Source: an uncultured bacterium (lineage in GTDB: Bacteria; SAR324; NAC60-12). Taken from it: a stretch of 64,000 nt of DNA. The stretch spans positions 1 through 64,000 of the forward strand of contig CAXGMD010000002.1 in NCBI GenBank assembly GCA_964010765.1. Direction: 5' to 3'. Position numbers and translations under genes: made by a program. The first letter of the stretch is position 1. Each line of letters starts with the position of its first letter. The notes beneath the pieces are model-generated. The model saw nothing but the letters and a program-made list of their open reading frames with translations. It was not told the origin of the DNA and did no database searches. Positions 60,085 to 64,000 of the stretch are shown here, in pieces.

Positions 60085-60192
60085 TGCGCTTCTCCTAAAG
60101 TAGCGTGATTTAATTTCCCATAGGTTCTATCAGTAGAACCTCTCGGGGCGATGAACTGAGGATTAGTATAGAAGATAAATCTTTCACCAACC

Positions 60193-60228
60193 TTTCCTTA
60201 ACCTTACAAAATAGTAAGGTTAAGGAAA
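60193..60228. promoter_or_regulatory. Perfect 15-bp inverted repeat, probable response-regulator binding site
   Basis: TTTCCTTAACCTTAC-aaaata-GTAAGGTTAAGGAAA between divergent genes; the CTTAC-N6-GTAAG core resembles cop/cus boxes. Confidence 0.65.
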
Positions 60229-60293
60229 AGGCTTCCAGATTGGATTAGCCGAGCTAAACTCATTCAGTATTTTCATTATTGGGAGAGGCTTCA

Positions 60294-60965
60294 ATGAAAC
60301 TACTTTTGCTTGAGGACGACCCCAAAGTCGCTGATTTCATCTCAAAAGGCCTAAGAGAAGCTGGGTTTGTTGTCGAGCATACTGCGCAGGGTGAGATTGC
60401 TCTGAGCTTAGCTCAATCGGAAATGTATGATGTGGCAGTACTAGATGTTATGGTTCCGGGCTTGAGTGGGCTTTCCGTAGTTCAGACACTGCGAGAGCAG
60501 AAAAATCCAATTCCTGTTCTTATTCTCAGTGCCAAGCACACATTGAAAGATCGGGTGAGTGGAATTGAGTTGGGAGCGGACGATTACTTGACCAAGCCTT
60601 TTTCCTTCACAGAATTGCTTGTCCGCGTACAAGCTCTGATCCGACGTAACTCCTTAAATGTGGAACCAACTACCCTCCAATATGCAGACTTGGAGATGAA
60701 TCTGCTAAGCCGGGAAGTGATCCGCTCCAAGCATCTTCTCCAATTACAGCCACGCGAATTCAGCTTGCTAGAATACTTTCTCAGGTATCCAGGTCGAGTA
60801 CTGTCCAAAACATTTATTTTAGAGCATGTCTGGGATTATGATTTTGATCCTCAGACAAATGTAGTTGATGTGCTGATTTCACGTTTGCGCAGCAAGGTAG
60901 ACAGAGACTTTGACACCAAACTGATCCATACACTTCGAGGCGTGGGATATGTACTTAAGCTTTGA
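60294..60965 (+). CDS. OmpR-family response regulator (CusR/CopR-like)
   Basis: LLEDD, VLDVMVP, GADDYLTKPF, VWDYDFDPQTNVVDV, TLRGVGY. Confidence 0.93.
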   Translation: MKLLLLEDDPKVADFISKGLREAGFVVEHTAQGEIALSLAQSEMYDVAVLDVMVPGLSGLSVVQTLREQKNPIPVLILSAKHTLKDRVSGIELGADDYLTKPFSFTELLVRVQALIRRNSLNVEPTTLQYADLEMNLLSREVIRSKHLLQLQPREFSLLEYFLRYPGRVLSKTFILEHVWDYDFDPQTNVVDVLISRLRSKVDRDFDTKLIHTLRGVGYVLKL

Positions 60966-62403
60966 ACGCTTGAGGCCCCGGAGTTTTCAGGCGCGGATGA
61001 CTATCTTTGGTATTCTACTTTTCTTTTTCTCAGCCTTGTTAGTAGTTGGGTTCTCTGGATTTTTTCTTCACAGAGAGTTTGAGTCTAGACTTCAGCAAAG
61101 CATTCTCGGGCAACTGGAGCGCTATTCGAATCTACATCTACAGTCTAAAGCTTTGCTTTTGTTGACCCTGCAACAGGAGCACGATCAGAATCGAATGCGT
61201 GGCACTTGGCTCCACTGGCAAGAAGATCAAGGAGTCCTATGGGAAACCATCCCGGCAAACTGGGAACAAGATCCCACAAGAATGAGGTTCCTTCTGCAAA
61301 CTCACTTGGTCTCTGGTGATGAATGGAGTCGAATGCCTTCCAGGCATCTTGAGCTGTCGAGCAAAAGCCCACCTGAGGATTATCATAACCTAGATCTTGA
61401 AGAGGAAATTCTGATTACTGCACGTGTTCTTTCAGATGGCTCGGTGTTGGCCATCGGAGAGTCACATGCCTTCACACAACTTCAGATAAAACTATTCAGA
61501 CGCAGAGTTTTTAGGATTCTTCTGGCTGTGGGGATTGTCAGTATATTGGTGGGCTGGTTTTTTACACGAAAAGCTCTGCGACCCATCCAAGATCTGGTGG
61601 AAACAACTGAAACGATAGCTGCAGGAAGCTTAGACGCACGTGTCCCAGAGCCCAACACTTCAGGTGAACTGGCTAAACTTACGCGGCTCTACAATGAGAT
61701 GTTGGAACGTATTGAACACCTGGTTACGACCATGAACGAGTCACTTGATAATGTAGCTCATGATCTGAGAACTCCCCTAATGCGTTTGCGTAACTCGATA
61801 GAGATGGCGATCACCAACGAGACCGCATCGGTAGAAGAACTCAGGGATACTTTACTGGATGTTGCTGAAGAAGCAGAGCAGATCCAATTACTGTTGACTG
61901 CATTGATGAATCAGGCTGAAGCTGTAGCTGGAACCATGCGTCTGCGTAAGGAACTGATAGACATAAATGTATTGACGCAGGGGGCTTGTGAGCTCTATGA
62001 GATGCTCGCTGAAGAAAAGCAAATTAAACTGCGAAAGAATTTTGCAGAAATCCCTGTGTTTCTTGAAGCAGATCCAGTTAGGTTGCGTCAGGCTCTTGGA
62101 AACCTTCTTGACAATGCGATTAAATTTACTCCTGAAGGAGGACACATAACCGTGAGCATCCTCTCTGAGTCCAACGTGGTAAATATAGAAATCAAGGACA
62201 CTGGAGTCGGTATCTCTGAGAGTGAGCAGCTCAGAATCTTTGAGAGGCTCTACCGTGGAGATCAAAGCAGAGGTTCAAAAGGGATGGGTCTTGGTCTCAG
62301 TCTTGTGAAGGGTATAATTCAAGCCCATAGAGCTGATATTCAAGTCATCAGCTCCCCTAATCAAGGAAGCACCTTTCGGATTGAATTTTTACGTCCAACA
62401 TAA
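60949..62403 (+). CDS. Membrane sensor histidine kinase (HAMP-HisKA-HATPase)
   Basis: Two TM segments, HAMP, AHDLRTPL, NLLDNAIKF, DTGVGI, GMGLGL. Confidence 0.93.
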   Translation: MYLSFERLRPRSFQARMTIFGILLFFFSALLVVGFSGFFLHREFESRLQQSILGQLERYSNLHLQSKALLLLTLQQEHDQNRMRGTWLHWQEDQGVLWETIPANWEQDPTRMRFLLQTHLVSGDEWSRMPSRHLELSSKSPPEDYHNLDLEEEILITARVLSDGSVLAIGESHAFTQLQIKLFRRRVFRILLAVGIVSILVGWFFTRKALRPIQDLVETTETIAAGSLDARVPEPNTSGELAKLTRLYNEMLERIEHLVTTMNESLDNVAHDLRTPLMRLRNSIEMAITNETASVEELRDTLLDVAEEAEQIQLLLTALMNQAEAVAGTMRLRKELIDINVLTQGACELYEMLAEEKQIKLRKNFAEIPVFLEADPVRLRQALGNLLDNAIKFTPEGGHITVSILSESNVVNIEIKDTGVGISESEQLRIFERLYRGDQSRGSKGMGLGLSLVKGIIQAHRADIQVISSPNQGSTFRIEFLRPT

Positions 62404-62684
62404 AAAATTATGAATTTTCAGACAGGTCTTAAATTTAGTATTTATACTACTAGGTAAATTCAGTCCTTTCTCTCAAAATTCATAGATCCGAACTTTTCAA
62501 GTAATTGGTGAAGAAAAATGGTACCTTCCCAAAAGATGGGGGTTTTATTTCTTGGTACATTTGCTGGGTAGGAAGCGCTTTAGGATTTCCAAAGGGTACT
62601 GTGGATTTTAATGTGGTGTCGCAAGAGCACTAATCTAGCGGGTGTTTGAACAGTCTTTGATCGAACACCCTAGCCCATCTAAAA

Positions 62685-63965
62685 TTACCAGTGCTTCATA
62701 TTGCCCAAGAACAGATCTTTCAACTCTCCAGGGCCAGCAGGAATAGGAGCTAGCTTTGTTACCCTGTGCTGAGGCAATGTTCCTTCCACCAAGGCGGGCA
62801 CATCTTCGGGACCGTAGCCGACCGCATTAAGCCCATTTGGTAAGCCTGCTTTCTTCATCAAGTCAATCACAGCACTTGCCAAAACCTCTCCAGCATCATC
62901 CGGTGTAGCCCCACGAACATCGGTTCCCATCAACTCTGCACAGCGCAGGTGATTTTCTGGGTCTGCATTTCCTGTCCATCGAAACACAGCCGGGGCATTC
63001 AGGATCACAGACATTCCATGAGGTACGGTGGGATGATCGGGTGGGTAATCCGGAGGAACATATTCCTTGACCATACCACTGACTGGATAAGACATTCCGT
63101 GAGGCAGGTGTACACCCGCATTCCCGAAACCAATTCCAGCATAGGTTGCACCCAACAGAATGGCTCCTCGGGCTTCGTCATCTTCAGGATCATCCAAAAC
63201 ACGCTGTAGATTTTGCGAAATCAATTTTAAGCATTCTGAAGCCCAGATTCGACTGATCGGGTTAGATCCTTGGTAGGCGGGTCGCATTCCAGGAGAATCT
63301 GGTGCGGGTCGTTGGTGATATGGCAAGGCAGTCAATGATTCAAGGGCGTGGCTGACTTGGTCAAGAGCAGTGCAGGCGGTCACCATTTTTGGAAGGCTCC
63401 GGGTGTTATCCGGATCAATGATCCCCATCAGAGGACGAAGCGATCGATGGGCGATTCCAGTCTTGGCTTCCATCGAAAGGAGATCAAAGATTGTGACCCC
63501 AGTTGTTTCGCTACCGGTTCCTGCTGTTGTTGGAATACATATCATGGGCTTGATTGGCCCTGGTACTGGTAGCCCTTTACCAATGGGAGGATTGACGTAG
63601 TCCAGGAAATCTTTTGGTGGGTGAGTCGCATATAGATTTGCTGCTTTCACTGTGTCCATACTGGAGCCTCCGCCCACACCTAAATAGCCATCAAAATTCC
63701 CATTCTTGGCAAAATCAATAGCCTCGCGGAAAGAAACATCGGTTGGTTCCACGGAAACCCCTGAATAGATTTCGTATTCCAGTCCAACGTCCTTAAGCGA
63801 AGCTTCAACGACCTCCATTGTAGCAAGCTTGGCTACGCGAGCATCAGTACAGATCATCAATCGCTTGACGCCCATACTCCTGAAGTCACTTCCAATCTCT
63901 TTGGTGACACCTTTTCCAAACTTGATGCTGGAGGTGTCCATAGTGAATGCAGTTTCCAACTTCAT
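62685..63965 (-). CDS. Hydroxyacid-oxoacid transhydrogenase (iron-containing ADH family, ADHFE1-like)
   Basis: GGGSSMD, DYVNPPIGKG, PTTAGTGSETTG, KTGIAH, RPAYQGSNPIS, GFGNAGVHLPHGMSYP, VPHG. Confidence 0.9.
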   Translation of the reverse strand: MKLETAFTMDTSSIKFGKGVTKEIGSDFRSMGVKRLMICTDARVAKLATMEVVEASLKDVGLEYEIYSGVSVEPTDVSFREAIDFAKNGNFDGYLGVGGGSSMDTVKAANLYATHPPKDFLDYVNPPIGKGLPVPGPIKPMICIPTTAGTGSETTGVTIFDLLSMEAKTGIAHRSLRPLMGIIDPDNTRSLPKMVTACTALDQVSHALESLTALPYHQRPAPDSPGMRPAYQGSNPISRIWASECLKLISQNLQRVLDDPEDDEARGAILLGATYAGIGFGNAGVHLPHGMSYPVSGMVKEYVPPDYPPDHPTVPHGMSVILNAPAVFRWTGNADPENHLRCAELMGTDVRGATPDDAGEVLASAVIDLMKKAGLPNGLNAVGYGPEDVPALVEGTLPQHRVTKLAPIPAGPGELKDLFLGNMKHW

Positions 63966-64000
63966 TCTCAGCTCCCTTATAAAAGTTGATTATTAACATA

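Overview
Bacterial chromosomal window with about 50 protein-coding genes, mostly catabolic and regulatory. I saw no rRNA, tRNA, CRISPR array, transposase or phage gene. In order along the window: a sulfatase/phosphonate-monoester-hydrolase-like gene broken by one in-frame TAA; a divergent RpoD-like sigma70 paralog; a divergently transcribed pair of uncharacterised genes (macro domain + coiled coil + RNxIH-motif domain, and Nudix + putative winged-helix domains), which is the best candidate for an undescribed ADP-ribose-linked system; a DeoR-controlled Ugp-like ABC importer; an aldo-keto reductase; a membrane class III nucleotide cyclase; a DHPS/sulfolactate cluster (hpsR, truncated hpsO, hpsP, suyAB, YeiH-type exporter) that appears to have lost hpsKLMN by deletion; a small Cys-repeat lipoprotein; a double-length UvrA; glycerate kinase and hyi; a large secreted protein; yqjG; an orphan kinase; and ModF. 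A ~22 kb acetoin/ketol catabolic island follows, with two acoAB copies sharing an apparently identical 1970-bp core, a third divergent E1 pair, two lipoyl-hydrolase AcoC proteins, DhaKL, an FGGY kinase, AcoR and a Tat-dependent ABC importer. The window ends with a Spy/CpxP-repeat lipoprotein opposite a two-component system, and a hydroxyacid-oxoacid transhydrogenase. Gene content suggests a free-living marine heterotroph (SAR324-like is my unverified impression). All family calls come from motif recognition by eye; no searches were run.
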